A stretch of DNA of 61,218 bases from Candidatus Izemoplasmatales bacterium (GTDB lineage Bacteria > Bacillota_I > Bacilli_A > Izemoplasmatales > Hujiaoplasmataceae): contig JAVVFA010000001.1 in the NCBI GenBank assembly GCA_032251215.1, forward strand, positions 1 to 61,218, written 5' to 3'. How positions within the stretch are numbered: position 1 is the stretch's first letter; each line of letters begins with the position of its first letter. Below the pieces are notes generated by a model. That model was not told the DNA's origin, searched no databases, and saw nothing but the letters and a program-made list of their open reading frames with translations. This document shows, piece after piece, positions 28,163 through 38,221 of the stretch. The position numbers were made by a program, and so were the translations under genes.

Positions 28163-29104
28163 CTAACCTTTAACAGCCCCAGCAGTAACTCCTTCAATAT
28201 AGTATCTTTGCATTGATAAGAATAAGGTAACGATTGGTATAGCAACAACCACACAACCGGCAGTAAACATCGTAAAGACGTTAGAGTCAACGCGTTCACC
28301 ATAAATCATGTAGTATAAACCAACTGCGACTGTATGGAGCTCTCGATTGGTTTCGCCTAAGATAACCCTAGCGAAGATAAAGTCCATCCAAGGTCCAATA
28401 AATGCTAATAGTGCTGTGTAAATAATAATTGGTTTAGATAACGGTAAAATAATTTTTGCGAATATTTGCGAGTTAGTCGCACCGTCTAATCTAGCAGATT
28501 CCAACAAGGAATTAGGAATAATGTCAAAGAAGCCTTTGGCAACATAAAATCCTAGTCCGGCACCAGCTGAATAGACTAACATAAGTGCAAATAACGTTTG
28601 AGTTAATTGTAAAGCTTTTAAGATGTAGTAAATAGCAATCATTGACATGAATCCAGGGAATAAACCAAGGATGATGGCAATGCTTAAAAATTTCTTTCTT
28701 GCGGAGAATTTCAGTTTACTCATAACATAAGCAACTGAAAGTGTCAGTAAGGTTGATAGAACAAAAGAAACAGAACTTACCATCAAGGTATTTAAGAACC
28801 AACGTGGGAAGAGTGTTTCTGTGAACAATCTTCTAAAGTTTTCTAAACCGATTGATTTAGGGAAGTAATGACTGACAACAATCCCGATTAATTGATTCGA
28901 GGAATTGTATTCCACGCGAATTGAATTTAAGAAGATCCAAAGAATTGGATATAACCAAATTATTGTTAGAACCACAAGGAGAATATAAGAAACAATCAAT
29001 GATGTTCTTCTAGAAGCTTTAACGCTTTTTGGAACTTTGGCTTTTTTGCCGATTACTAAATTTGATTCGACAGCTTTATTAGCTGGAGCTGATGTACTTA
29101 TCAT
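28163..29104 (-). CDS. malG: Maltodextrin ABC transporter permease (MalG-like)
   Basis: 313 aa. EAA loop LESARLDGATNSQIFAKIILP. Start overlaps the malF stop. Confidence 0.85.
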   Translation of the reverse strand: MISTSAPANKAVESNLVIGKKAKVPKSVKASRRTSLIVSYILLVVLTIIWLYPILWIFLNSIRVEYNSSNQLIGIVVSHYFPKSIGLENFRRLFTETLFPRWFLNTLMVSSVSFVLSTLLTLSVAYVMSKLKFSARKKFLSIAIILGLFPGFMSMIAIYYILKALQLTQTLFALMLVYSAGAGLGFYVAKGFFDIIPNSLLESARLDGATNSQIFAKIILPLSKPIIIYTALLAFIGPWMDFIFARVILGETNRELHTVAVGLYYMIYGERVDSNVFTMFTAGCVVVAIPIVTLFLSMQRYYIEGVTAGAVKG

Positions 29105-30537
29105 TGGAAAGCATCCTCCTCTTTAAATGATTTACTTCTGCGGTAAGAAATCAATGTTGCAGAAGCAGTGATAATAAAGGTTAAAATCGCAATTACTGAA
29201 CCAATGTTATATTCACTTTCATCAATTGTTAATTTATAGAGCCAGGTTACCAAGAGATCGGTTTCCCCAGCTTTATATCCCGGAACACCCGGTCCACCTC
29301 CGGTTAAGAGATAGATGACATTGAAACTAGTGATGTTACCGATGAATGATGTGATTAGATATGGAGTGGTAACAAATAAGATGTAAGGAATAGTAATATT
29401 GAAGAATGCCTGTTTTTTCGTTGCACCATCAATTTGGGCAGCTTCATAAAGTTCTGTAGGAACATTCATTAAAATACCACTTGTCATTAGCATCGTATAT
29501 GGAACACCAATCCAAATATTAATAACAATAATCGTAATTCTCGCAGTCCATGCACTTTCAGCGTTCGATAAGAAACTGATAGGTGCATCAGTCAATCCCA
29601 GTTCTAAAAGCATGGCATTAATTGGACCATATTCTGATAATAAATTTCTCATTGCTAGAAGAGAAATAAACTGTGGTAAAGCGATTGTTAAAATGAATAC
29701 CGTACGCCATAATTTTTTAAGCTTAATGCCTTTTTTATTAATTAAGAGCGCTAGTAAGATACCGCCGATATAGTTAGTAGAAGTGGCAAAGAAAGCCCAC
29801 ACTAAAGTCCAACCTAAAACCGGGCCAAATCTTACAGAAATTTCACCAGTGCCAGAGAAGATGTCCGCAAAGTTTTTAAGTCCAACCCAATCAAAGAGAA
29901 CTTGTCCGGCGGGATGTTGGGAATCAAAATTAGTAAAAGCGATTAAAATCATAAAGATTGTTGGTAAAATCGTAAAGATTAAAATACCGATAATCGCTGG
30001 AGTTAACATCGCAATATGGAATCTTTCGTCTAAAAGTAACTCGATATCTTGTTTAAACGTTGTTGGTTTTTTGCCCTTTCTTTTATCTAAATCAGCTTTA
30101 TATGAACTTTTGATATTTGAACTATAAGCCGCTAAGAATAAACCGATTAATCCAAAAACGATTACTCCGAATAAAAGCATTAACATCGAGTTGTCGGTTG
30201 GATTGAAGATATCTCCTTCTTCAGTACCTAAAGTTATGAAGTTGATGATTGATTTAAAACCTAAAGGCGTAGAGTTAACTTCAGGTGAAGTTATGAAGAT
30301 AAAGAGAAAAGCTATTTGTAACACTAAAAAGATAAGACCTTTAGCAATTTGCTTGTGATAGAGGTTACCAGAACCCATAATTAAATGTGAGAGTTTAGTA
30401 CCGATACTACCATCTTTAAAGCGATTGCCAAATTTAAGAAAACCATTTTTAATTTTTATTCCTAAATTTTTGAAAAAAGATAAAAAGCGAGATATTTCAC
30501 TCGACTTTTCATTTTTTGTTTCGCTAATTTGACTCAT
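29101..30537 (-). CDS. malF: Maltodextrin ABC transporter permease (MalF-like)
   Basis: 478 aa. EAA loop YEAAQIDGATKKQAFFNITIP. Extended N-terminal TM region as in MalF. Confidence 0.85.
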   Translation of the reverse strand: MSQISETKNEKSSEISRFLSFFKNLGIKIKNGFLKFGNRFKDGSIGTKLSHLIMGSGNLYHKQIAKGLIFLVLQIAFLFIFITSPEVNSTPLGFKSIINFITLGTEEGDIFNPTDNSMLMLLFGVIVFGLIGLFLAAYSSNIKSSYKADLDKRKGKKPTTFKQDIELLLDERFHIAMLTPAIIGILIFTILPTIFMILIAFTNFDSQHPAGQVLFDWVGLKNFADIFSGTGEISVRFGPVLGWTLVWAFFATSTNYIGGILLALLINKKGIKLKKLWRTVFILTIALPQFISLLAMRNLLSEYGPINAMLLELGLTDAPISFLSNAESAWTARITIIVINIWIGVPYTMLMTSGILMNVPTELYEAAQIDGATKKQAFFNITIPYILFVTTPYLITSFIGNITSFNVIYLLTGGGPGVPGYKAGETDLLVTWLYKLTIDESEYNIGSVIAILTFIITASATLISYRRSKSFKEEDAFQ

Positions 30538-30563
30538 AATATCTCCTTAGAAAAGTGACTTAT

Positions 30564-31892
30564 TTATTCAGGTTGTAACCCTGTTTTCCATAATGATTCT
30601 ACATTTTGCATTTGTGCTAGAATTGCTTCATGGGTTGTTAAATCTCCGTCAGGGTTTTCTAGGATTTCTAGGATTAATTCAGGAGCGCCTTTTGAATAGT
30701 AATAAGTATTGAATTTACTTGAGAATCCAAATGGCTGTGGAATTCCAAATTCAAACATTCTTACTTGAGCTGCAGCTAGCTGAGCATCTAAAGTATCTTC
30801 TTGGAATGCTGCAAATTCATCAGCTGCGTTTTTGTAAGCAGGTAAGTTTTGAACTTGTTCGAAAGATTCTTCTTGAACATCTTTGCTTGTTAGGAATAAT
30901 AAGATGTCTTCTAAATATTCTTGATAAGCACTACCTTTTTTCATGAAGAATGCTTTTGTATCTGCGAATGTACCTGATTGGTATACTGTTCCAGAAACGG
31001 CATCTCCGTAAGCTTCAGTAGCGTCAATTGTAAAAGTTGGAAGAATTGTAATTCCTAAGTCATCGCCTAAAGCAGCTTTAGCAGCTGAATAATGCCATGC
31101 GCCACCGATGAAAGAAATTGAGATTTTGTCTTTTAGTTCAACTTCCCATCCTGAATCTGTTGGTGCTTTAGCTCCGTTTGAATGATTGAAGAAGTTTTGA
31201 CCCCATTTAAGTTTAGCAATTGTATCGTCACCAGTACCAAAACAGTTTTCTTGAACTCCATTTTCATATAATTTTAAGCTTGTATCTCCAGTTTCAGCTT
31301 CAGTAGCTAAAAGGATGAAAGAGTTATTGAAACCATCTGTTCCAGCTAGTGATAATGCTTGTTTGTCGTTATCGATAGCTGCTTGTAAGATACCTTCCCA
31401 AGTTTGAGCTTCGGTTTCAGTTATAAAAGCTTTGTTGTAATATAGAACTAAAGATTGAGCAACATAAGGAATACCAAAAGTGTACTCTGTTCCATTGACA
31501 TTTCCTTTGATGACTTCTAAGAATGAAGCAGGATTTTCGTTTTGAATTTGATCAAGTAAAGCTTGAGATTGTACTGGAGCTACTGAACTAGAACCAGCAA
31601 TCAATCTACCTAAATTATCATGAGCAACAGTAAAGATATCAGCGCCAGCTTCAGTATCGTCTAGGAATGTTGAAGCCGCAGTACCTGTATCAACTCCCTT
31701 AACTGCAACTTCATGAGGGAATTCTTCGCCTGTCGTTTCTAGGTATAAGGCTTTGTATTCCTCCATTTTTGCTGTATAGAATGCTTCTGATTCGGATCCC
31801 ACCCAAATCGTTAATGGTGCTTTTCCACCACAACCAGCAGCGGTGAATAAAACCACCATAGCGAGTGCCATTGATAGTAATAATTTTTTCAT
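30564..31892 (-). CDS. malE: Maltodextrin-binding lipoprotein (MalE-like)
   Basis: 442 aa. Lipobox AAGC. Family-1 solute-binding protein heading the malFG string. Confidence 0.8.
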   Translation of the reverse strand: MKKLLLSMALAMVVLFTAAGCGGKAPLTIWVGSESEAFYTAKMEEYKALYLETTGEEFPHEVAVKGVDTGTAASTFLDDTEAGADIFTVAHDNLGRLIAGSSSVAPVQSQALLDQIQNENPASFLEVIKGNVNGTEYTFGIPYVAQSLVLYYNKAFITETEAQTWEGILQAAIDNDKQALSLAGTDGFNNSFILLATEAETGDTSLKLYENGVQENCFGTGDDTIAKLKWGQNFFNHSNGAKAPTDSGWEVELKDKISISFIGGAWHYSAAKAALGDDLGITILPTFTIDATEAYGDAVSGTVYQSGTFADTKAFFMKKGSAYQEYLEDILLFLTSKDVQEESFEQVQNLPAYKNAADEFAAFQEDTLDAQLAAAQVRMFEFGIPQPFGFSSKFNTYYYSKGAPELILEILENPDGDLTTHEAILAQMQNVESLWKTGLQPE

Positions 31893-31930
31893 TTTCCTTC
31901 TCCTTTTATATATATATTATATTACTCATA

Positions 31931-31959
31931 ATTTTATCACTTAATAAAAGCGTTTGCAA
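31931..31959 (-). promoter_or_regulatory. Sigma-A-type promoter of the malE operon
   Basis: On the minus strand: TTGCAA, 17 nt, TGATAAAAT (extended -10). The -35 is embedded in the operator candidate. Confidence 0.6.
31945..31958. promoter_or_regulatory. LacI-family (MalR-type) operator candidate overlapping the malE -35
   Basis: The minus strand reads TGCAAACGCTTTTA, an imperfect palindrome centred on CG. Confidence 0.5.
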
Positions 31960-32004
31960 GAGCCTTGGGAGTGTTCGAAAAACAAATGCCTAATTTACTG
32001 GATG

Positions 32005-32018
32005 TGTTATCGTTTTCA
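32005..32018. promoter_or_regulatory. cre-like site (CcpA/LacI-family) between the divergent malE and pullulanase promoters
   Basis: The reverse complement TGAAAACGATAACA matches every position of the cre consensus TGWAANCGNTNWCA. Confidence 0.55.
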
Positions 32019-32054
32019 TTTTTTAAATGTAATCCCTTACAAACATAATTGATA

Positions 32055-32063
32055 TGATATAAT
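32055..32063 (+). promoter_or_regulatory. Extended -10 element upstream of the pullulanase gene
   Basis: TGATATAAT lies 35 nt upstream of ATG 32098. The only -35 is weak (TTACAA, with a 15-nt spacer). Confidence 0.45.
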
Positions 32064-32097
32064 ATTATTGTAAATGAAATAATTTATGGAGGAAAAA

Positions 32098-34920
32098 ATG
32101 AAAAAATTATTAATTTTAGTTTTGATGTTTTTAAGTGCATTTTCACTTGTTTCATATGTTAAAGCTGATGAAGCGGTTAGCGAAATCTATATCCATTATT
32201 ACCGTTATGGAGGAGATTACGATAACTGGAATATTTGGGGTTGGCAAAACATGCCAGAAAGTTTAGAAGGACAAGCATTTGAATTTGAAGACGATCAAAC
32301 TGGAAATGAGTTCAATTATGGCGGGGTAGTTACGATAATCGACGTTCAAGAAACATTTCCTGATATTACAAGATTAGGTTTGATTGTAAGAAAAGGCGAT
32401 TGGGTCGAAAAAGACGTTGACGGTGATCGATTTGTTGATATTCCTGAAATGACTGCTAATGGTGAATTTCATATTTATCTAGTAGAGGGCGATTCAAGAA
32501 TAGGAACATCACTTACTGATCCTGAAGGTCCAGATAAGAGTCCTAAGTTTAAAAACGCTTATTTTACTGATTTAAATGTAATCTACTTTACTACAACTGA
32601 AGTTATTAACGAAACAAGCGTTGTGGTGAAAGAAGATGATGTTGTAGTTGCAACAACTAATGTAGTGATTGATGAAAATAGCGGAACAGTTACTTTAGCA
32701 AATGATTTGGATTTTGCCAAATCATATACTATCGAAGCAACTTTCCCATCTGATTCTTCAGTTAATGATTATAGTGTTACTTTTGACGGTATATATGATT
32801 CAGAAGAATTTGAAACGGCTTTTGGTTATGAAGGTGATGATTTAGGAGCTGTTGTCACAGAAGCTTATACAACTTTTAGAGTGTGGGCACCAGTTTCACA
32901 AAGTGTAAAACTTAATATTTATGATACAGGAACACCTCTTAGTTTAGGTGGAACTGACACTCCGGTAAGAACGATAGATATGGTTAAAGACGTTAAAGGA
33001 ACATTCTATTATGAAGAAGCAGGAAATCTTCATGGTAGTTATTATACGTATAGTGTTACTAATGGTAGTGTTACCAATGAAACAATTGATCCTTATGCTA
33101 AGAGCGCAGGTGTCAATGGCATTAGAGGTATGGTTGTTGATTTTTCACAGGTAAATCCAACTGGTTTTACTTACGATAACAGATCTGATACTATTGAAAA
33201 AGCTACTGATGCGATTATCTATGAACTGCACGTTAGAGATTTGACAAGTCATTCAAGTTGGAACGGTACTGAAGCAAATCGTGGTAAATTCTTAGGATTA
33301 ACTGAAACAGGAACTAGATATGAAGGTTTTAAAACCGGATTTGATCATATCATTGATTTAGGTGTAACTCATGTGCAAATCTTACCATTCTTTGATTTTG
33401 GTGTAGTTGATGAAAGCAAGTTGGATGATGAAAGTTATAATGCATTTAACTGGGGTTATATGCCGCTTAATTTTAATGTTCCAGAAGGTTCATATTCCAG
33501 TAATCCATATGATGGAGAATCAAGAGTTAGAGAATTAAAACAAATGATTATGGAATTTGGTGAAGCTGATATTAGAATTAACATGGATGTTGTTTATAAT
33601 CATCATGGTTTAACAGCTGATTCAAACTTTGAAAAGATAGTACCAGGATATTATTTTAGAAAAACAGCAAGCGGTACTTTTAGCAATGGGTCGGGAACCG
33701 GTAATGAAACGGCTTCAGAACGAGTCATGATGAGAAAGTTTATGATAGATTCAGTTAAATTCTGGGCTTATGAATATAATATTTCTGGATTCAGATTTGA
33801 CCTTATGGCACTTCACGATACAGAAACAATGATTCTTTTAGAAGAAGCTTTACATGAAATTGATGAGACGATTTTAGTCTATGGAGAACCATGGATGGGT
33901 GGGACATCGCCTTTAGATTCATCACTTCAAGGCGGTAAGATGAACTTAGCGGAAATGTCGACAGTCGGTGCTTTCAATGATGATTTAAGAGATGGTATTA
34001 AGGGTTCAGTTTTTGCTAGAGATCAAGGTGGTTTTATCCAAGGTGGTTTTTCTACTAATAACATTATGAGAATAAAATATGGTATTGTCGGCGGTATAAA
34101 TCATCCTGCAATTACTGGATCAAATCTTACAGCACAAAAAGTTTGGCATACAGTTCCAACCAAAACTATTAACTATGTGACAGCTCATGATAATAATACT
34201 TTGCATGATAAATTATATTTAACTTTAGAAACGACAGATCGCTTATCTTTGATTCCGGCTTTACAAAAACAAGCTAACGCAATTGTTTTAACTTCGCAAG
34301 GAATTGCATTCTTGCATGCTGGTGATGAACTCTTAAGATCTAAACCATTAGCTGATGGCGAAGGTTTTGACCATAATAGTTATGAGTCGCCTGATGTAAC
34401 AAACCAAATTAGATGGGATTTAATGACTGATGAAACAACACAAGAAGTTTATAATTATTATAAGGGTCTAATTGCTTTAAGAAAAACTCATGAATCATTT
34501 AGAATGGCTGAGACTCAAAACATTATAAATAATATAAGATTTATCGAAGAAGAAATGGACGGCATAATTGCTTTTGAAATCACTAATAATGCAAGTGGTG
34601 ATGAGTTTGAAACAATTGTTGTTTTCCATAATGTCAATGAAAAAGAGGTTAAAGTTAAACTTTTAGGCGATGGCAATTATTACGTTCTTGTTAATGGCGA
34701 ATTGGCTGGAACTGAAGTTATTGATGAATATTCTGGTGGTGATATCATCACTTTATCAGCTAATTCAACTTACGTAATTCACAAAGATGTAGTCGATATG
34801 AATGCTGAATATGACTTTTCAATGTCTAGTAACTTAGGAATAATCATCGGTAGTATTGTTGGTGGTGTTGCTTTGGTGGCAGGCGTGATTGTGTTTTTTA
34901 TTTTAAATAAGAAAAAATAA
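32098..34920 (+). CDS. pulA: Type I pullulanase (GH13) with N-terminal carbohydrate-binding modules and a C-terminal TM anchor
   Basis: ATG 32098 lies 5 nt after GGAGG; 940 aa. Signal peptide, W-rich N-terminal modules, DVVYNHHG, GFRFDLM, YGEPW and YVTAHDN. C-terminal hydrophobic helix followed by KKK. Confidence 0.9.
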   Translation: MKKLLILVLMFLSAFSLVSYVKADEAVSEIYIHYYRYGGDYDNWNIWGWQNMPESLEGQAFEFEDDQTGNEFNYGGVVTIIDVQETFPDITRLGLIVRKGDWVEKDVDGDRFVDIPEMTANGEFHIYLVEGDSRIGTSLTDPEGPDKSPKFKNAYFTDLNVIYFTTTEVINETSVVVKEDDVVVATTNVVIDENSGTVTLANDLDFAKSYTIEATFPSDSSVNDYSVTFDGIYDSEEFETAFGYEGDDLGAVVTEAYTTFRVWAPVSQSVKLNIYDTGTPLSLGGTDTPVRTIDMVKDVKGTFYYEEAGNLHGSYYTYSVTNGSVTNETIDPYAKSAGVNGIRGMVVDFSQVNPTGFTYDNRSDTIEKATDAIIYELHVRDLTSHSSWNGTEANRGKFLGLTETGTRYEGFKTGFDHIIDLGVTHVQILPFFDFGVVDESKLDDESYNAFNWGYMPLNFNVPEGSYSSNPYDGESRVRELKQMIMEFGEADIRINMDVVYNHHGLTADSNFEKIVPGYYFRKTASGTFSNGSGTGNETASERVMMRKFMIDSVKFWAYEYNISGFRFDLMALHDTETMILLEEALHEIDETILVYGEPWMGGTSPLDSSLQGGKMNLAEMSTVGAFNDDLRDGIKGSVFARDQGGFIQGGFSTNNIMRIKYGIVGGINHPAITGSNLTAQKVWHTVPTKTINYVTAHDNNTLHDKLYLTLETTDRLSLIPALQKQANAIVLTSQGIAFLHAGDELLRSKPLADGEGFDHNSYESPDVTNQIRWDLMTDETTQEVYNYYKGLIALRKTHESFRMAETQNIINNIRFIEEEMDGIIAFEITNNASGDEFETIVVFHNVNEKEVKVKLLGDGNYYVLVNGELAGTEVIDEYSGGDIITLSANSTYVIHKDVVDMNAEYDFSMSSNLGIIIGSIVGGVALVAGVIVFFILNKKK

Positions 34921-34934
34921 ATATAATTCATTTT

Positions 34935-34968
34935 AGAAGCGCTTTTTTAAGGCGCTTCTTTTATTTTT
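34935..34968 (+). terminator. Intrinsic terminator after the pullulanase gene
   Basis: AGAAGCGC / GCGCTTCT stem followed by TTTTATTTTT. Confidence 0.75.
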
Positions 34969-34990
34969 CGTAAATTATAAGTTGTTCTTA

Positions 34991-35019
34991 TTGCAATAAA
35001 ATTTGTTTCGTGATAAAAT
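34991..35019 (+). promoter_or_regulatory. Sigma-A-type promoter of the DeoR-kinase-pdxA2 operon
   Basis: TTGCAA, 17 nt, TGATAAAAT (extended -10). Confidence 0.6.
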
Positions 35020-35061
35020 AAAACAAACAAAAACAAACATAAGCAAACAAAGGAGGCTATT

Positions 35062-35832
35062 ATGATTAGTAACAATCGTCAGTTGGAAATTCTTTCACTT
35101 TTAAGCGAAAAAGGTAATGTATCAGTTGAAGAATTAGCAACTAAATTTAATGTATCAAAAATGACTATAAGAAGAGATTTAGAAAAGCTTCAAGAGAACA
35201 ACCTTTTACAGAGAACTCACGGAGGAGCTTTAATGAATCGGGTGCTATTACAAGAAATGGCATATAACGATAAGCGAGAGGAAAATGCTGAAATCAAGCA
35301 ATGCATTACTAGAAAAGCAGTTACTTTTTTAGAAAACAATAAGATTATTTACTTAGATGCTGGTACCACTACGTTTGAATTAGCGCAAAAATTACCAACT
35401 CAAGATTTAACAGTTATTACTAATGATATTAGGATTGCAGCTCACTTGATGTTGTCAAATAATCAAGTTATCTTTTTAGGTGGGATGATTGGTAAAGAAA
35501 CTGGTAGTGTTACTGATGTCTATGCTCAAGAAATGTTAAAAGAATTTAATATTGATATTGCTTTTTTAGGAACATCTTCAGTTGATAACGAAATGAATCT
35601 ATGTACACCGGATATCAACCGTATGAAGATGAAAAAAATCGCTTATGAAAGTGCTAATAAATCTATTCTTTTAGTTGACTCATCCAAGTTTTTTAGTAAG
35701 TCTTTATATAAGATTCTTAATATCAATGATTTCGATGTAGTAATTACTGATTTTGATATTTATGATTTGACAAATTATGATTTGAAATCAACCGAATTTA
35801 TCAGCGTTAAATGTGCTAGAAAAGAGGACTAG
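35062..35832 (+). CDS. DeoR-family transcriptional regulator
   Basis: 256 aa. N-terminal HTH VSVEELATKFNVSKMTIRRDLEKL plus a C-terminal sugar-phosphate sensor domain. RBS AAGGAGG. Confidence 0.9.
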   Translation: MISNNRQLEILSLLSEKGNVSVEELATKFNVSKMTIRRDLEKLQENNLLQRTHGGALMNRVLLQEMAYNDKREENAEIKQCITRKAVTFLENNKIIYLDAGTTTFELAQKLPTQDLTVITNDIRIAAHLMLSNNQVIFLGGMIGKETGSVTDVYAQEMLKEFNIDIAFLGTSSVDNEMNLCTPDINRMKMKKIAYESANKSILLVDSSKFFSKSLYKILNINDFDVVITDFDIYDLTNYDLKSTEFISVKCARKED

Positions 35833-35834
35833 GA

Positions 35835-37100
35835 ATGTTAAAAACCTTATTTATTTGTGATGACTCGACTGGCGCAAACGCTAGTGCGATTCTTTTAAAT
35901 AAGTTAAAATTAAGAACCTTAAGTGCTATCAATCAGTGTGACTTGCCTGATTATTCTGGATATGATTCTCTAGCAGTTTCAACTGACTCAAGAGCGGTTG
36001 AAGCAGGTGTAGCTAAGCGGAGAGTTTTAGATGTGTTGAAGCAATTTGAAGAGGAAGAAATTTTGGTTCTTAACAAGAGAGTCGATAGTACTTTGAGAGG
36101 TAATTTGGGGTCGGAATTAAATGCTTTTAAAGAGGTATTCCCAAATAGGAAAATCGCTATAGTACCGGCTTTTCCTAAATCTTGTAGAGTTTGTATAAAC
36201 GGGCAAATTTATGTTAATGGCGTAAGTCTTGAAAAGACAGATGTAGCTAAAGATCCGAAGATGCCAATTGATACATCTGATGCTTATACATTATTCAAAA
36301 AACAGTTTAAAGGTTCACTTGTCAATATCTACAAGGATTCATATGTTGATAAATTTGTTTTATCTAAAAAAATTGCTAAGGCATATGAAAAAAATGATGG
36401 AATAATTTTTGATGCAGAAACCAATGAAGACATTGCTCTTATCTCAAGAGTTTTGGTGAGTATTGGGTGTGATGTTATTACTGTTGATCCAGGTGTTTTT
36501 ACTTTTTACTATACAAGAGAAAAAATCAAGACTGGCGTAAGTGAAGAAAAATTTTTGTATTTAGTAGGTAGTGTTACTGATACAACTTTTAATCAATTGA
36601 AATATGTTAGAGGAAAAAATACTATTAAAGTAATCGCTCTTAATCCGCTAGATTTACTCGAAGAAAAAAAACTTGACTATATCAGTAAAGATGTTTTAAA
36701 TAAAATAGTTAATTCAACCCATAATCATATCGCTATCTCTACTTTTGATATTGATAAAAGAGTAGTTTTGGATTTGTTTGAGATTGCTAGAAAAAAGAAT
36801 ATAGAAGTTGACGAAGTATCTAAGATAATTAATTTAAGTTTAGCTAAGATTGCTAAATATATCCTAAATAATCATAAAGTTAAAGGAGTATTTTCCAGTG
36901 GTGGTGACACAACGCTTAGTTTCTTGTTAGATAATGTTGCTAAAGGAATCGAGTTAATTGATGAAGTTATGCCTCTTTGTGTTTATGGCAAAATAGTTGA
37001 AGGCAACTTTGCCGGGTTACCAATCATTACCAAAGGCGGAATGATTGGCAATGAAGATGCTTACTTATTAATAAGTGAATATTTTGAAGGAGAAATGTAA
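35835..37100 (+). CDS. Four-carbon acid-sugar kinase (DUF1537 family; DtnK/DenK/OtnK-like)
   Basis: 421 aa. N-terminal ICDDSTGAN motif and C-terminal GGDT. Directly followed by a PdxA-family gene. Confidence 0.8.
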   Translation: MLKTLFICDDSTGANASAILLNKLKLRTLSAINQCDLPDYSGYDSLAVSTDSRAVEAGVAKRRVLDVLKQFEEEEILVLNKRVDSTLRGNLGSELNAFKEVFPNRKIAIVPAFPKSCRVCINGQIYVNGVSLEKTDVAKDPKMPIDTSDAYTLFKKQFKGSLVNIYKDSYVDKFVLSKKIAKAYEKNDGIIFDAETNEDIALISRVLVSIGCDVITVDPGVFTFYYTREKIKTGVSEEKFLYLVGSVTDTTFNQLKYVRGKNTIKVIALNPLDLLEEKKLDYISKDVLNKIVNSTHNHIAISTFDIDKRVVLDLFEIARKKNIEVDEVSKIINLSLAKIAKYILNNHKVKGVFSSGGDTTLSFLLDNVAKGIELIDEVMPLCVYGKIVEGNFAGLPIITKGGMIGNEDAYLLISEYFEGEM

Positions 37101-38099
37101 ATGAATAAACCTATTATCGGAGTCCCTATTGGCGATCCAGCTGGTATTGGACCAGAAATAGCAATTAAATCAGCGCTTGACGAAAGAGTATTAAATGTCG
37201 CTAATCCATTATTGATTGGTGACGTGAATGTTTTACAACAAATAATTGATCTTTATAAACTTGAATGTTTGCTTGAAGAAGTTAATGATCCAAGAAATAT
37301 TGAGTTTAAAAAAGGTGTTGTCTATGTCTATCCAGTGAATAATATTGAGATGGACAAATTAGTTTTAGGTAAAGTTGATGCTATGTGCGGTCATGCGGCT
37401 TTTGAGTATATTAAGATGAGTGTCGAATTAAGCGATAAAGATTTTATTAATGCTATTGCGACAACACCGATTAATAAAGAAAGTTTAAAAGCAGCTAATG
37501 TACCATTTATTGGCCATACAGAAATATATGCCTCACTGTCAAACACCAATGATCCATTGACAATGTTTGAAATTGAAAAATTAAAAGTCTTTTTCTTATC
37601 AAGGCATGTGAGTTTAAGAAAAGCAATTGATATGGTTAAAAAAGAAAGAGTAATGGACTATATTAAACGCTCTCACGAAGCTCTAGACCATTTAGGAGTT
37701 AAAGGGAGAATTGCTGTAGCTGGATTAAATCCTCATTCAGGCGAACATGGTTTATTTGGTTGGGAAGAAGTCGAAGAGATTGTTCCGGCAATAGAAGAAA
37801 TGCAAAAACAAGGATATGATGTTATTGGTCCGGTCCCAGCAGATTCAATCTTTGCGATTGGTTTAAGCGGAAAATGGGCTGCTATTTTATCGCTTTATCA
37901 TGATCAAGGACATATTGCTACTAAGACTTATGATTTCCATCGCACAATTTCAATTACTAATGGAATGCCGTTTTTAAGAACTTCAGTTGACCATGGAACA
38001 GCAATGGATATTGCAGGAAAAAACATCGCTAATAAGATTTCGATGTCAGAAGCAATTATTCTTGCAGCTAAATATGCGCCATATTTCAAAAAAAAATAA
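37101..38099 (+). CDS. pdxA2: PdxA-family NAD-dependent dehydrogenase (PdxA2-like, decarboxylating tetronate-4-phosphate dehydrogenase)
   Basis: 332 aa. [19 protein letters not shown] and YHDQGH motifs. ATG abuts the kinase stop. Confidence 0.8.
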   Translation: MNKPIIGVPIGDPAGIGPEIAIKSALDERVLNVANPLLIGDVNVLQQIIDLYKLECLLEEVNDPRNIEFKKGVVYVYPVNNIEMDKLVLGKVDAMCGHAAFEYIKMSVELSDKDFINAIATTPINKESLKAANVPFIGHTEIYASLSNTNDPLTMFEIEKLKVFFLSRHVSLRKAIDMVKKERVMDYIKRSHEALDHLGVKGRIAVAGLNPHSGEHGLFGWEEVEEIVPAIEEMQKQGYDVIGPVPADSIFAIGLSGKWAAILSLYHDQGHIATKTYDFHRTISITNGMPFLRTSVDHGTAMDIAGKNIANKISMSEAIILAAKYAPYFKKK

Positions 38100-38127
38100 A
38101 AAAAGAACAAATACGAACATAAAAGCG

Positions 38128-38156
38128 TTGACAACAATGCTTTTTTATTTTATAAT
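38128..38156 (+). promoter_or_regulatory. Consensus sigma-A promoter of the dehydrogenase-aldolase-FGGY kinase operon
   Basis: TTGACA, 17 nt, TATAAT; both hexamers are perfect. Confidence 0.75.
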
Positions 38157-38221
38157 ACTAACGTAAATTTACAAAAGAACATAAACAAACAAATGAAAAT
38201 AAAAATATAGGAGGATTTATA

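Noticed and set aside
25873-31892. Visibly higher GC in the lipoprotein and malE genes (and also in the GntP gene at 41831-43249) as evidence of horizontal transfer.
   Set aside because: The bias favours C/T-ending codons such as ATC, TTC, GGT, GCT and ACT, with no CpG enrichment and normal AGA Arg usage. That fits translational selection in highly expressed genes, unlike the CGC/GCG/CCG-rich patch in the FGGY gene.
35021-35050. AAACAAAC-type short tandem repeats upstream of deoR, as a possible CRISPR or microsatellite.
   Set aside because: They span only about 30 nt, are imperfect and have no spacer/repeat organisation. They are better explained as an A-rich leader containing the operator-like motif. 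No CRISPR array is present anywhere in the window.
38121-38146. Hairpin AAAAGC...GCTTTT around the TTGACA box, as a terminator for pdxA2.
   Set aside because: The stem is only 5-6 bp with a 12-nt loop containing the -35 hexamer. It is more likely incidental to the promoter/operator, so read-through from pdxA2 cannot be excluded.
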